The notes under the pieces are model-generated. The model was not told where the DNA came from and ran no database searches. It worked only from the letters and a program-made list of their open reading frames with translations. A DNA stretch of 64,000 nt, from positions 22,555,808 to 22,619,807 of the forward strand of contig CM119269.1 of assembly GCA_051294375.1 (NCBI GenBank). Direction: 5' to 3'. Below are positions 1 to 12,516 of the stretch, piece after piece. The first letter of the stretch is position 1. Every line of letters begins with the position of its first letter. Both the position numbers and the translations under genes were made by a program. Source of the DNA: Paraspadella gotoi. Lineage: Eukaryota > Animalia > Chaetognatha.

Positions 1-1060
1 CAGTCACAAGATAGACACGATGCCAGCTTATCTATTTAGTGAGGATCAGTACATAGATTGTTTGACGAGTGATTATAGCAATTCTGGATTTTTCTGTGTC
101 GACCGAGACAAGGGACGTTTAACCAACTAACTTGAGGGGCATTACTCCACTCTCGGTGGCCACCCCCTCCGCCTTGCTCAAGAATTAGTGGATTCCCAAT
201 ATCGACTATCCAATCCCGGGTGGAAATCTAGGGTGTTAACCACATTCAGCCGGGCGGCGATTGGCTAAATGGAAAGCGCTTTATCCTTTAAAAACGTTCG
301 AGAGACACGAGAAAGTTTCTAACAAACTGAGAATCCGAGTTGAGAGAAGAAAACTCACCAGTCGATTTCTTGCTCCTCGGATCTTCCCATGTCGGACTCG
401 CTCGTCGATGCCCCAAACTAGTTCACGTTGCCAGCGAATTCACCGCCGCTTCGTCTCTGATATACTGAAACGAGTTTCTTCCAGAGACAATCTCTTTGTC
501 GCCATTTCGTTGGAGGCGCCGAAGTGACGATTAAGTCCTTTAAAGGAAATAAAACCGACTTACTGTTATGTTCTGTTATGTCTGTTATGTCTCGGAACAA
601 CCATAGGATTGAATAGATCGCGGACAACCGTACATTGATTATCTGAGCACCCTGGAATCTGCACTGTATCGTAATCAGAACTTGATACCTCACACCTCTC
701 CTACTATGATAATAATAATTCATAGTAACTGTAGGAGGCGATAATAAAATTTACATTTTCAGTTTTTACGAAAAAGCGCGAAATGTGGACGGAATTCCTT
801 TGAAGTGTGAATTTAAATGACGGCGATTTCAATTAGAAGTGAATCAAGGATTTTGCGCGAATGGGTAACATGTTTGGACTTGTCTTTTCACGTCGTGACG
901 TGCCATGCGCTGCCATGTCTTGACCTGTCATTCGCAACCAAAGAATTCGAGGGTACAGCTTGAGAATCTATATAATCGAGGATACCCTCTCCAACGCTCT
1001 GTGACCTAGAACTCTTGCGCCTTGTTGAGGTCATTTGTGGATTTCTTAATCACTCAAAAA

Positions 1061-1184
1061 CCTGTCATACTATCATCGACGCTTGCTATATCACGAACAG
1101 AGACGGCTCACGTGTCATACTGTCATACTCACCTGTCATACTATCATCGACGCTTGCTATATCACGAAGAGAGACAGCTCACGT
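1061..1184 (+). repeat. Two tandem copies (~71 bp period) each ending in CTCACGTG
   Basis: cctgtcatactatcatcgacgcttgctatatcacgaa..gagac.gctcacgtg at ~1061 and ~1132. Confidence 0.85.
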
Positions 1185-1469
1185 GCAACGCCCGCGATCG
1201 AAGCTCGAAGGGAGTAGGAGGAGGATTGAGTGATTGAGGAAGAGGAGTCATTCACTTTCTAAGTGTTCTTGTCTTTTTATTAATTATTATTTATCAATAT
1301 ATATTCTTTCTAATGTTTTAATTTTTGAAATCGTTTATTTCTTAGCTTTGTTTCGTTACAGTAAGTTTCGAAAAGAGGTAGAGGAAAAAAAACTAAGACT
1401 GGCTTAAAAGGACTCCTCTCTCGTTTTCCCCGCGCCTCGCCCTCCGACGGCGACGCCGCGCAGAAGAAA

Positions 1470-4400
1470 ATGGACGTGAGCGCGAAGATCCTTCATTGGA
1501 AGAAGTACTTGGAGTTGGAGCAACGCCCTCCTCCGGAGAAATTGCTCAAGATCTTGGATCGGCTCGATGATATTCAAGTCGACATGCAGATTTTGAGGGC
1601 AACTGAGATCGGTAAATATTAAATAACTTGAAGAGCCTCAATTGTATTATTTTTTGTGAGTATGAAATTTTTGATTCTACAAATTTGATATAACCATTTT
1701 AATCAAAATTCTAAAACTCGGGTTACAAGTTTCAAGTTTTTGCAAATAAAAATGCTAACTCTTTTAAAACAAACGAGGAAATTTCTGTTAAGTAAAAAAT
1801 AACTTTTAAATGACTTTTTAAGTTGTCTTCGATTTATCCATCCATCCATATTTTACAGCGCATGTCCATTAATTAGCTCAAATTTTATTTAGTCAAATCA
1901 AATTAACAATTTAATCAAAAAGTCAACTCTTTCAGGCAAAGCTGTCAACAACCTCCGGAAAGATCCCCACGTGGGTCGACGGGCGAAGGATTTGGTCTCC
2001 AAGTGGAAAGACTACGTCAACGTCTCCGTCGCCGGCGTCGAGGACAAACGCCGCAGCGACGCCGCGCCTCCGCCGCCTGCTGTGCCGCCCCCGCCGCCGC
2101 CAGAGCTGCCAAAGCCGCCGCCGCCGCCCGACCACTCTCATTCCTCGGTGCCGATGGACATGGAGATCTCGCCGGGCGATGACGAAGCCGGTGGCGGCGA
2201 AGGCGGCGACCTCGATAACTTCGTCAGCGTGGAAGGGATGTTGAAGGGCGACGTCGCCAACGGTGCAGTCGGATCGAAAGCCTCGACGAGCAGACACGAG
2301 GCGCGGGGGCGTGGATCACTCGACGAGCGGCTGCAGGGTAAGAATTTGGCTAAACTCTTTGTCAAAACCCTTGTCCAAACGCTTGTCAAAACTTTTATCA
2401 AAACCTTTGTCAAAACTTTTGTCTCAACTCTTGTCAAAACCCAAAACATTTCTTCTTCCCTTCAGAGAGCAAATGGGCCTCCTTAGCTCGCGGATCGAGT
2501 CCCCCATCTTGGACCGGAGACGACGCCAAGGACAAAGCATCCAGAGACAAAAGCGCGAAGGACAAACTCGCCAAAGATAAATCGGCCAAAGACAAAGATG
2601 CCGGGGACAAAGGGAATTCTGAGGAAACGAAATCCGGCGACGGATTTGATGTCGACTTCGCCGCCGTCTTTCAACTCGCCAACACGAAGAAAGAGGATAG
2701 ATTCAAGGCCAATGAACGGGTAGATGAACGAATTGCAACGGGTAGATGAACGAATTGAGGGCAGTTAATAAACGAGGGCTTTGAACGAGGGATAAAAAGA
2801 ATCGATGAATGAATAAAAAGAAGAATGAATGAATGAATGAATGAATGAATGAATGAATTAAGAGGTTGTTCCGTTGTCCCATATCAGATTAAAAAGGAAT
2901 AAGTTATTAATATTTTGTTAAAGCTTTCTTATCACGTATTAACCCATTACAATACATTTTCTTGATAAATTTATTTACAACCAAATACTAATTGAGATTT
3001 AATTGATCCCCGATTTAACTTTCAATTCAGTTTCAATTCAATTCAATTCAATTCAATTCAATTCAGGTCTCCAACGAAGAAGATCGAAAAGCGAAGAAGA
3101 AGACGACGGACGAAGGCCTTTCCAAAGAGAAGGAGGAGCTCCTCGCCAGCCTCAACTCCTCCATCAAAAGGTCAATGTCTCGGAATTCTTTTTATCATTC
3201 ATTAGCTTTAAGTGATCCGTTATTCTGGACGAGATTTGGCCAAGATTTTAATGTGCGATTGTATTTATTTATTTATTTATTAATTTGTTGATTTAAATAT
3301 TTACTTATTTATTTTATTTACAGAGTTCGGATTCAAAACTTAGAATTTTATTTAAATGGCAAGATAATTTTAAATCTTTTATAAAAAAAGTAAAAGAGCT
3401 CAAATGAAAGCTTAGTGTCTATCATATTATTCCCCCAAATATCAGTAACTTGTATTATAAAATGAATTCACAGTGAGCCAGAAGAGATAAGGGGTCAGTA
3501 TCCCTCTCTGCCCAAATCGACCAAAAATAGGCTTGACATTGATGTTGAGTCCCTAGTAACGCTATAAAGGTGACCATAAAGTTTGCTGCATCAGATAAAG
3601 ATGCGCCTTGAAAAGACAAATGTGGAGCCCATGATGAGAAGTGATTATTTACTCATGTGAGATTTAAAGGCTATGCTTTTGGACATTTATATTTTTATTT
3701 TATTTATTTCCCCCCCTCAGATACGAAAGACGAATCTCGGAGGGCAAATCCGTCAAGTCGAAGGAAGAATCGAAACGACGAGCGAAGGAAAAAGAAAAGA
3801 GAGAAAGAGAAAGAAAAGAAAAGGAGAGAAGAAAGGAAGGAAAGGAGGAAAGGGAGAGGAGAAAGGAAAGGACTGAGGATTGGCTCAAAGACGGAATCCC
3901 CGCCGTTCCTCTTCCCCGTCTCGATCAGGATGAACCCGGATTCGGTTCTCAACTCTCTCGTCCGGCTCATCAACAACATCAACATCGTCCACATCAAACT
4001 ACTTCTGCTTCTTCTTCTTCTCTACATCCCCATCACCACAAGCATCGTCGGTCCCATTCCGCGGCGTCGGGCGAGAAGCGACCGACGGAGGAGCATGGTG
4101 GCCGACAAAAGTCGGGCGGAGAGGCTCAAGCGGCGGCGGCGGTGGCGCAGAAACCGGGCGGGTCATCGTCGCCGCCGCCGTTGAAGACGCCGCGTCCCTC
4201 GTCGGAAAAATCTTCGCGCGATAAAACTCGTCCGACGATCGACGCCGCATCAACCGCCGCAGCATCGACGGAACGCAGCGCCGTCGGTGCAGCAGCCGAC
4301 GCGCCCGTCGCCGCCGATTCGCAGAAACAAAAGCGAACGTCGATTCACAGACACGAGGAGAAACGGCGAAAGAGTCGAGCCGACAAGTCGGTCGATCCTT

Positions 4401-7164
4401 CGGCCGACGACGCCAAAGACCGCAGTTCGTCCTCGAAGGGACTCAAGTCGGACTCGACGGACGAGTCGACGAGCGATTGGCCGACTCCTTCGACTCCCTC
4501 TCAGCCCGACGCTCCCGCCAAACCTCGCTCTTCGACGGGCAAAGCGTCGGGCAACGGCGGTCTATCCTTCGACGACATCATGACCTACGATTTCCCGACG
4601 AAGCGAAGGAAGATGGCGAAGAAGCTTCGCGCCGTCGAAGGCGTGGGCTTCGACGGCGCCAAAGGAGTCGACAACGCGACCGACGAAGATTCCAACGCCG
4701 GCCGCGCCGCCGCAGTCGCCGCAAAAGCGGAGCGATCCTCGACGCCGGTGAAACCTTTCGAGCCGCCCAAGCCGATCCCCCACTCGCTCAAGATCGACAA
4801 CGACGACTTGGACGATATGTTGCCGGCGATCGCGCCCGAGTACAAACCAATGTCCAAACTGTGAGTCGCGGAAAGGGATTTTGGATTCACTTATTCATTC
4901 ATTCGTTTATCAGTGAATTCATCGACGGGTTCAGGTTCAATGTTCATGTTCACCTTGTTTAGGAGCATTCATGTAGCAGATTAATTTGTGAATTATTTCA
5001 AATGAGATTGAATTCATTAATCTCATTTGCATATTAATTAAGTTTTAATTTTTCCAAATTTCATTGTTGCCCTGACAATAGATATTAATATTCATTTTGG
5101 GGAGAGTAATTAAGCAGAGCAAAAAGACGGAGATATTTTTAGTTGCGTCAGGGGGACTCGCGGAGCAACTCTATCAGTCACTTTTCGGTCGGTCGGTCGG
5201 TATGTCTTTTCATCGGTCTGTCCCACTTAAGTTAAAAATGTATAGAATTTGCCAATAATTGGTTGCTCATTTGTTAAGATAGAAAGAAACCTCAAATCTA
5301 AGGGACTGCTAGCGCCGCGTTCAGGAATTCCTAAAACTATAAAGAATAAAAGACCGAATTTGCATGTCATAAATACACGGGCGAAGAAAGTCATACTATG
5401 TCATGTCATATTTGATCAAAGGGAAAAACACGTGAAAATAAAGTCACTGCGTCGCAACAAATTGGAATTACCGTTCTTGTTTCAATTTGAGGAACATAAA
5501 TGAACAAGAATTATAAAAGCTCTTTCGTTAAACTTTTGGTAATTTTAGTTTTATAATAATTGAATATCATAGCTTTTTATCCTCATTGAATAAAATCCAC
5601 TCTACTTACAAAAATTCCTGACCCCTTCAATCTCCTCCCCATCATTCCAGCTTCAACGAGATCGACTCCAAGCCACGCCCGACGATCCGTTCGACCGACG
5701 ACGGTTTCGCCGCGGAAGCCTTTTCCTCGAAGAAGTCGAGCGGGCGGATGCTGTACACCGGACGGAAGAAGGCGGGCGGCGTCAAGATGACCTCGCTCTT
5801 CGACATGTGCATGAACGTCTTGGGGAATCACATCGACGATTTGGAGGAAGTCGGCGGTGAGAGGGATGACTTTATGGATTTTTTTTATTTAGCGCTTTAA
5901 TAATTAATATCAACATTAATCATTTACTGATCACAATATTAAGCCTTATAATAGTTATAATAGTTATACAAAACACGACACTATGCAAATGAGATTTATA
6001 AACGCAAGTTGCAAGTTTTACATTTTATAAAGTTTTTGTAATAATGACACAATATAAAAAAATCCAATCTCTTGATTTTGCACCGGCGATGGACCCATGG
6101 TAGTTAAGAGTTAAATAAAAGAAGGTTTATCCTCTCAGGTATTCCTGCGACTGTTCTAATGCCAGTTTTAAAAAAGTGCAACCCCGAACAACTTTATCGA
6201 TTGGAAGAGTTCAACCCGCATTTTTTGGAAGACACGGAGGTGAAAATTGAAAAGTCATTGTGAATATTATTATTAATTTAATGTTATCTCCAATTTCTCA
6301 AAAGACTTTGTGGCAAGATTATTGCGAAAAGGATTTCCGTGGCCAAAGACCCGACGAAGACTCGATGGAATCTTGGCGCGAACTCTACGATCGAAAGTTT
6401 AGGGATCGGGAAGAGAAAATGAAGAGACTCGCCGCTAATATATGGGTGAGAGTGTGTGATTGATTGATTGATTGAATGATTGATTGATGGAATGATTGAT
6501 TTACCACTCCCTTAACCACAGGAAAAGCAGCAATCCTCAACCGCCGCGCTTCGGACGACCAAGCTGGCCTACGTGGATCACTCGTCGGCGAAGCCTCCGC
6601 GAAACGTCCTTCGGGCGCAGAAGAAGTTTGGTACCGCCGCCGCCACCGGTGGGGAGAACATTAACATTTATACTATTATCTAATGAATTATTAATTAAAT
6701 ATAAATTTCGCAGCCAAATCTCCCTCTAAAAAATCCTCTTCCTCCTCCTCCTCCTCCTGCGGCGTCGGCGGCGGCGCAGAGAATTCCGCTGCTGCCGCTG
6801 CGCTGAAGGAAGAGCGTGCGCGGCTGCGGATGGCGTCCGTCGCCGCCATCACTGCCGATTCCGTCGACGATGGGCCCCTCGTCGGACTCGGAGGGAGACA
6901 GAGTGAGTCGGGGAGAGAGAGAGTGAGAGAGAGCAACTCGTTTTTGATTCGGTTTTTTTAGAACCTTTTTATATATACTTTTAATAAGGTTTAAAAATGT
7001 TTCAATTGTCCAATTAATATTTAAATTTGTCATATTTTCACAAATTCACAGTCCATCGACGCGACGACATGAAGAAAGTGAAGATCGTGGCGCCGATGAT
7101 GCAAAAGAGTTTAAAGATGATGAAGAACCGATTCAATACCGCCCTTCCCTTTCACAAGAGATAA
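1470..7164 (+). CDS. ELOA: Elongin A (RNA Pol II elongation factor), multi-exon
   Basis: N-terminal TFIIS-like domain (TEIGKAVNNLRKDPHVGRRAKDLVSKWK across intron 1612-1935), long charged middle, BC-box/F-box-like SLFDMCMNVLGNHIDDLEEVGGIP..LKKCNPEQLYRLEEFNP, LWQDYCEKDF..SWRELY, TKLAYVD..KPPRNVLRAQKKFGT, C-terminal VAPMMQKSLKMMKNRF; stop TAA 7162-7164. Confidence 0.93.
2355..2442 (+). repeat. 12-bp minisatellite (ctttgtcaaaac-like) in Elongin A intron
   Basis: About 7 degenerate copies; explains the spurious VKTL/VKTF peptide in the ORF track. Confidence 0.8.
5138..5482 (+). mobile_element. Helentron/DINE-1-like (HINE) non-autonomous element, tentative
   Basis: Starts in a T-run with agttgcg...gcaact inverted repeat, (GGTC)n microsatellite, 3' cgcaac inverse of the 5' motif, ends cttgttt. 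Confidence 0.45.
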
Positions 7165-7356
7165 CCCACGCCTCTTCTTTTTTAAGGGGGAGGGGGTGGG
7201 GGTACCGAAGGGGGGAGCTGTGAGTTCTTAATCTTTCTCACTCCGCCCCTTACACGGTGAAATCCTGGTTGCAGTGAAAAAAAGTGACATTGGAAGTTTT
7301 TTCTTCTTCTTTTGCCGTGCGCGTTTTTTTAATTTTAAAAAATGAAAAAATAAAAT

Positions 7357-7366
7357 NNNNNNNNNN
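7357..7366. other. Assembly gap (10 N)
   Basis: Run of n characters. Confidence 0.99.
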
Positions 7367-8444
7367 AAAATAAAATGGTCGGGAGGTTAAGTTTAACCTC
7401 TTAATTTTCTGATTTATTTTTTTGATCCTGTTCGAATTTTTGTAGCGACTGTTTTTTTCTCCCGTTTTTTTATACAGTCTAGTCATTTGTTTTTTGTTTT
7501 TTTTTTTGTACACAACGAAAATGCGCGTTCCTATTTTTTCTCTCTACTCTCGTTAGTTTAATCCTATCGCGATTTAAAATTAAAAAAAAAAAATCATCAA
7601 ATATTTGTTATAAAGTTTGCGTTTTTTTCTCTACATAAATTTTTTTCTAAACAAAAAAAAATTTATTCTCGTTTTACGTGATAATGAATTTTGAGTTAGA
7701 GGGTAATGCATAATAATTATAAACTAAAATGACTACAAATTGTGTGGAAATCGACGTAGGTGAGCTTCTTGTTCGATTTAGCGAGCCTCTCTTTTAACGA
7801 GGCATCGTCGCCGTTGATCGTCTTTCTTTTTTTCTCCATTTTTGCGCGGCTTGTCCATAAAACATGGACAACAACAACAACAAATGATAATCAATCCCGT
7901 TTTCAACTCCTATCTTGGATCTTGGACGCGAATCCCAAACCTCTCGTCAGAAGAATCGTGAAGAGGGGACGCGACTTATGGTTTTGAGATGCCATCTGCC
8001 AATTGTATTGGACCACCAGTTGGTTATTGGAAAAGAACCAAGTCATATCGACATTTCAATGAATTCTTAAACTTCTCTTACGTAACTTTTTGATGGATTT
8101 CTCCGGAGTGCCTCCTTGTTTAATTCGTATCAATCTGTCAGTTTAGAAAAAAATCATTTATTGATTATTCTTTTTACAGTGAATCAACTGTGTGTGGACA
8201 TACCGGAATTTGCATGACAAACTGACCATGACATCAAGATATCATATAGAAAACCTAAAAGAAAAAACTTGCTAACATGAAAATGAACGAAAACCTTTAA
8301 AAATATTTAATCTTTTAAATTGCCAAAGATTTTAAAATGTTGATGAGAAAGAAATGAGGTGGCCCGATCTGGTTCTTCCCTTTCAACGTGAATGAGTTGA
8401 AAAGTTCTCTCCCTCTTCTCCCTTCATATCCACTCTCTTTAAAG

Positions 8445-11395
8445 ATGTCGTCGCGACAGGGGGACAACCTCAAGTGTCCCAGATGCGAAACGACCAAATA
8501 CAGAAACCCTAACATGAAACTCATGATTAATGAGTGCGGACATTCTTTGTGTGAGTACAATTTGAAAAATGCGGCAAAACTGCATAAGGACTGTCGCGGG
8601 ATAATCATTTAGCAATCTCTTGGAAATATTGCAGGCAACAATTGCGTGGAAGTCGAATTCGTCAAGGGCGCCAACAACTGTTATCAATGCGGTCGCAGTT
8701 TGCGGAAAAATAATTTTAGGCTGCAAATATTTGAGGTGAGAAAATAGAAAAATAAAGAAATGTTCAAGTGACTTTGTTGAAATCGAGTTCCTCAATCTCG
8801 TTTGCATATTGTAGCATTTCAGATTATTTTTCATATTTTTGATGCCGCTTTTTAGAAATTTTTTTTTATTTTATTGTATTATGGATACTTTCATTTAAAG
8901 TGAAATAATTATAATATAATTATATTAATCCACCAAACGTTCATCAGCGGATATTGCTGCCGGAGGCAAGTCATTCGCATCCCAACCCAAAGGTCCGGGG
9001 TTCTCGCCCGGTAGCCGCCTCGTAGTTAAGAGGGACGGGGCGCTTAACCCGTCTTTAACACGGTGTTACAGCCTGATCCGAAGCTCAGGGATTGTTTATA
9101 TTGAACGGTTCTACCACTAACTCATGAAAATTAGTCTCTCTTCATATTAATATATAAATAATATTGAGATATTTCATTGTTGTATTGCGGGTTTTGTCCC
9201 ACGACTCCTCTGTCCCAGGACTGCTCCGTGGAGAAAGAGGTCGACGTCCGACGTCGCGTCCTCCGCGACTTCAATCGACGCGAGGAGGAATTCTCTTCTC
9301 TCCACGAATACAACGATTACCTCGAATTCGTGGAGACGATCGTCTTCAACCTCGTCAACGGAGTCGATCTCGAAGCCACCAAGCGGAGGATGGACGATTA
9401 CAAGCGCAAGCATCGAGATCAGATTCAGAAGAACAAGCTTTGCAAGAGTGAGTATAGTTGTGGTGCGGTTTTTCTATATCCGGTCGTCTCATCGCAGGAA
9501 ATGGACCAGAAGTTGGTCGCTCGGTCTGTCTCGAGGATATGATCTTTTAGTAGAAATATTGAATAATTGTGTTGGACATAAACTCGCTCATCAATTGTTA
9601 CCGTGAAAAGTTCGGTGGTGGAACGCATGCTTTGAGCGATTGTTCAATCAGGGAAGAGATAACAAAAAAAAGAAGAGCAGAAAAAGAAATGGAGAAAGGG
9701 AGAAAAACATATTTATGAGATGTAAAAAGAAAATTAAAGAATTATGGCAACAGCCGGGTTGCCTGTGATGCCTATTGGGATGGGGCATGTCACTGTTGGC
9801 TTTGGGGGCTTCCGACCCTCAGTGACGCCTCCTGTCACTGGCGCGGTTACCCTAGGACGGTCTCGCTTTGCCAACGCAGAGGGAAGATGGTGCGTTCCCC
9901 CTCTGAGCCAATGGGATTGGCTGAACGAGGAAGAATGTGAGGCAGGGTGAATATACCGCCACAGAAGTACAAAGTCACCTGTCCAAAGTCAGGGGCAAGA
10001 TAACTTATTTATTAAATGAATGGATAATTTTTATATTGGTTGTACCAATTTCATAAAATTCAGCTCCTTGTATTTTGATGCTAGTGCGGAGTACAATAAG
10101 TATTCCCCGATCTAATACTTAAGGGAGTGGTCTTTTCATACAATTGAAACATTCTTTGAAATATTATACCACTTCATTGATAGGGAAGCCAGGTACTCTG
10201 GGAGTGAATAAACGAGACTGTGAGAGAGTCTTGATTGAAAGCTTGCAGGGACCTGCTATGTCATTATCTTGTAAGAGTGATGGAGGCCTTAAACCGCCAA
10301 AGCCTGTCCAAAGTCAGGGGCAAGATAGCTTATTTATTAAATGAATGGATAATTTTTATATTGGTTGTACCAATTTCATAAAAAAATAACTGAAATTTAA
10401 AATATAGATAAAAGGAATTGTAAAGGAAAGGAGAAAAAATGAGAAAATGTCTCTTTTAACTGAACTGAACTGAACTGAACTGACCAAAAGGCAAAACGGA
10501 ACAAATTCTGGACGAAATCATCCAACGAGAAAACGCCTCTCTCTCCTGGATCAACAATCAGACGAAGAGTGAGGAGGAAGAGAGGAAGAGAACGGAGAGA
10601 TTAGAAAAGGAAAAGTTGATAGAGGTGAGTTTGAGTTGCTTAAAATCTCATTTGCATATTGTAGCATTTTAGATTGGTATCTGATTCTTTGTTTCAGGAT
10701 CCTTACAAGATCTGTATTGTTTTTTTTATCTTTACTTTTAAACATACAATTTATTTTGTTTTTAGTTTTACATATTTTTGAATTTATTGTACAAAATGTA
10801 TACAAAAATGTATTAAATAATACTTTGTCATTAGGACCTGACTTGGTCGGCTGACGGCGAAGCGGACGTGATCGTCGCTATGCACGAACACGAGATGGCG
10901 GAGAAGCGACGTCTTCAGCGGGAATCGGAGGAGGCGGAGGAAGAGGATCGAGTTGGGACGTCGACGGGCGGTTGGGGTAAAGCGACTCTCTTCTCCACCG
11001 GCGACTCAATCCTTCTCGGTGACGTCAACGCCCGATCCGGCGCCGACGACGCCGGAGAACCTTTCGCCTACGCGCCGCTCGAACCCGTCGTCAACGGACC
11101 GATCATACCGACGGCGGGCGAGTTGAGGGAACAGGTTTGTGGGTCCTTTTAGGAATAGCAGAAAATTTGCGTTTTAGTATCATGTCATAATTTATGTTTT
11201 TTTATTAGTTTTATTTCTGTTTGGTATATGTTTAATTAATAACCTTTTACGACGACGCGATGATACGAGGAGACTAATGTGGGGGGGGTTTCGATAAGAA
11301 TCATAATTCCATCCAGAATTACAGATTACATTAGGTACAAAGTTATCAAGTTTTTGTCGTTCAAAGTGGTTGGTTTTTATTGCCCCATGTCGAGT

Positions 11396-11444
<49 letters not shown>

Positions 11445-11839
11445 CAGTTTTAACAGTGGCCACTGGAGAAATAAATCTAAAAAAAAAAACTCATTTTACT
11501 AATCTTTTAATAAGTATGTTATATTTATTATTATTTTGCCTCCTGCCCCCCAAGGGTTTCGTCCACTGCCTCCCTCCCGCGACTCTGGCCGAACTCGGCG
11601 GCGGCTTCCAACCCGAACTGGCCGTCTCCCGCGCCTTCACCGACGCCTTCTGCGGACTCTTCATGTTCTCGGCCACGGCGAAGAAGAAGAGGAAGAGGAA
11701 GAAGGAAGAGATCGTCCTCAATTGCGGCGCCGACGAGAGTTTCATGGAGACGTCGGCGCTGCACGACGGCGCCGCCGCAGGAGACGTCAGCCTCATGAAC
11801 GTTTCGATACAGAGCAATTCGAGGATGAGCATCGGTTGA
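8445..11839 (+). CDS. MNAT1: CDK-activating kinase assembly factor MAT1 (TFIIH), multi-exon
   Basis: [77 protein letters not shown]-terminal [20 protein letters not shown]. Confidence 0.95.
8947..9124 (+). mobile_element. tRNA-derived SINE-like element in MAT1 intron
   Basis: tRNA-like head gcgg...ccgc with T-arm/B-box-like ccggggttctcgcccgg, followed by a GC-richer body in an AT-rich intron. Confidence 0.55.
9743..9963 (-). mobile_element. Solo-LTR-like short element, copy 1
   Basis: Highly similar to 36248-36508 with identical end points; ends TGTGGC...GCCATA on the - strand; flanks GAAT/GAAG. Confidence 0.75.
10117..10380 (+). mobile_element. Dispersed repeat family A (~260 bp), most complete copy
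   Basis: Shared 3' end ...ggttgtaccaatttcata; partial copies at ~9979, 32200, 50395, 51910, 53107, 60583 (+) and 15559, 43435, 63520 (-). Confidence 0.9.
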
Positions 11840-11847
11840 GGTTATGG

Positions 11848-11892
<45 letters not shown>

Positions 11893-12516
11893 CTGCGGGA
11901 CGGTGTCTTGCAGGCGACGAATAGTTTCCTCGCTTTTTGCGATTCGAATTAGTCTAAATTTTGATAGAACTTGTTGGTTATGATCCTATTAAGTTTACCG
12001 GTTTGTGAGTTTGTTTGTACGTATTTATATGCAATTGACGAATGTTCATTTCTAAATGTGATTGTTGCTTAGTTATAAATTTGTTATTTTGTTATTTCAT
12101 TCATGAATCAACTCACTAATTTTCTTTCGAATTCGCTGCGCATTAAATTCAATATTTTTTTTATCTTAAAAATTTCGAATCGGTTGACTATTTCATTTCT
12201 CCTCCACTAGAAAAGATTTCTTATCTCATTTTTCCCGCGAAACTAGACGATTTTTCTTTTTTTTTTTTTCATTTTTCTCGTGTCTCATTTTAAATTTTGT
12301 AGAATCTATGGACTCGTAGTGCCGGTGTTCCTTTGCATGGAAAAAGAATCTTGGCGCCAAGAATCTCGTGCGATCAGGATGACGAAGCAAAAATAAAACT
12401 AGACTGATAATGACTTTCGGCGAAATCATAAATCACTATCCAGTTACGACAACCATAAACTTTAAGTTTCCGTCGTGATTTCACATTTACGCCTTTCACT
12501 CTTTCACGCCCCCACC

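Noticed and set aside
1-720. Short ORFs at the window start
   Set aside because: No recognisable domain or exon-like composition; possibly a transposon remnant, but this is unsupported
2708-2725. Possible GC donor AAG|GCCAAT in Elongin A
   Set aside because: An in-phase GT donor (CGG|GTAGAT) exists 12 nt downstream and the region is too poorly conserved to decide
8947-9020. Functional tRNA gene (also 27450-27525)
   Set aside because: Degenerate boxes and arms with an attached non-tRNA body; treated as SINE heads
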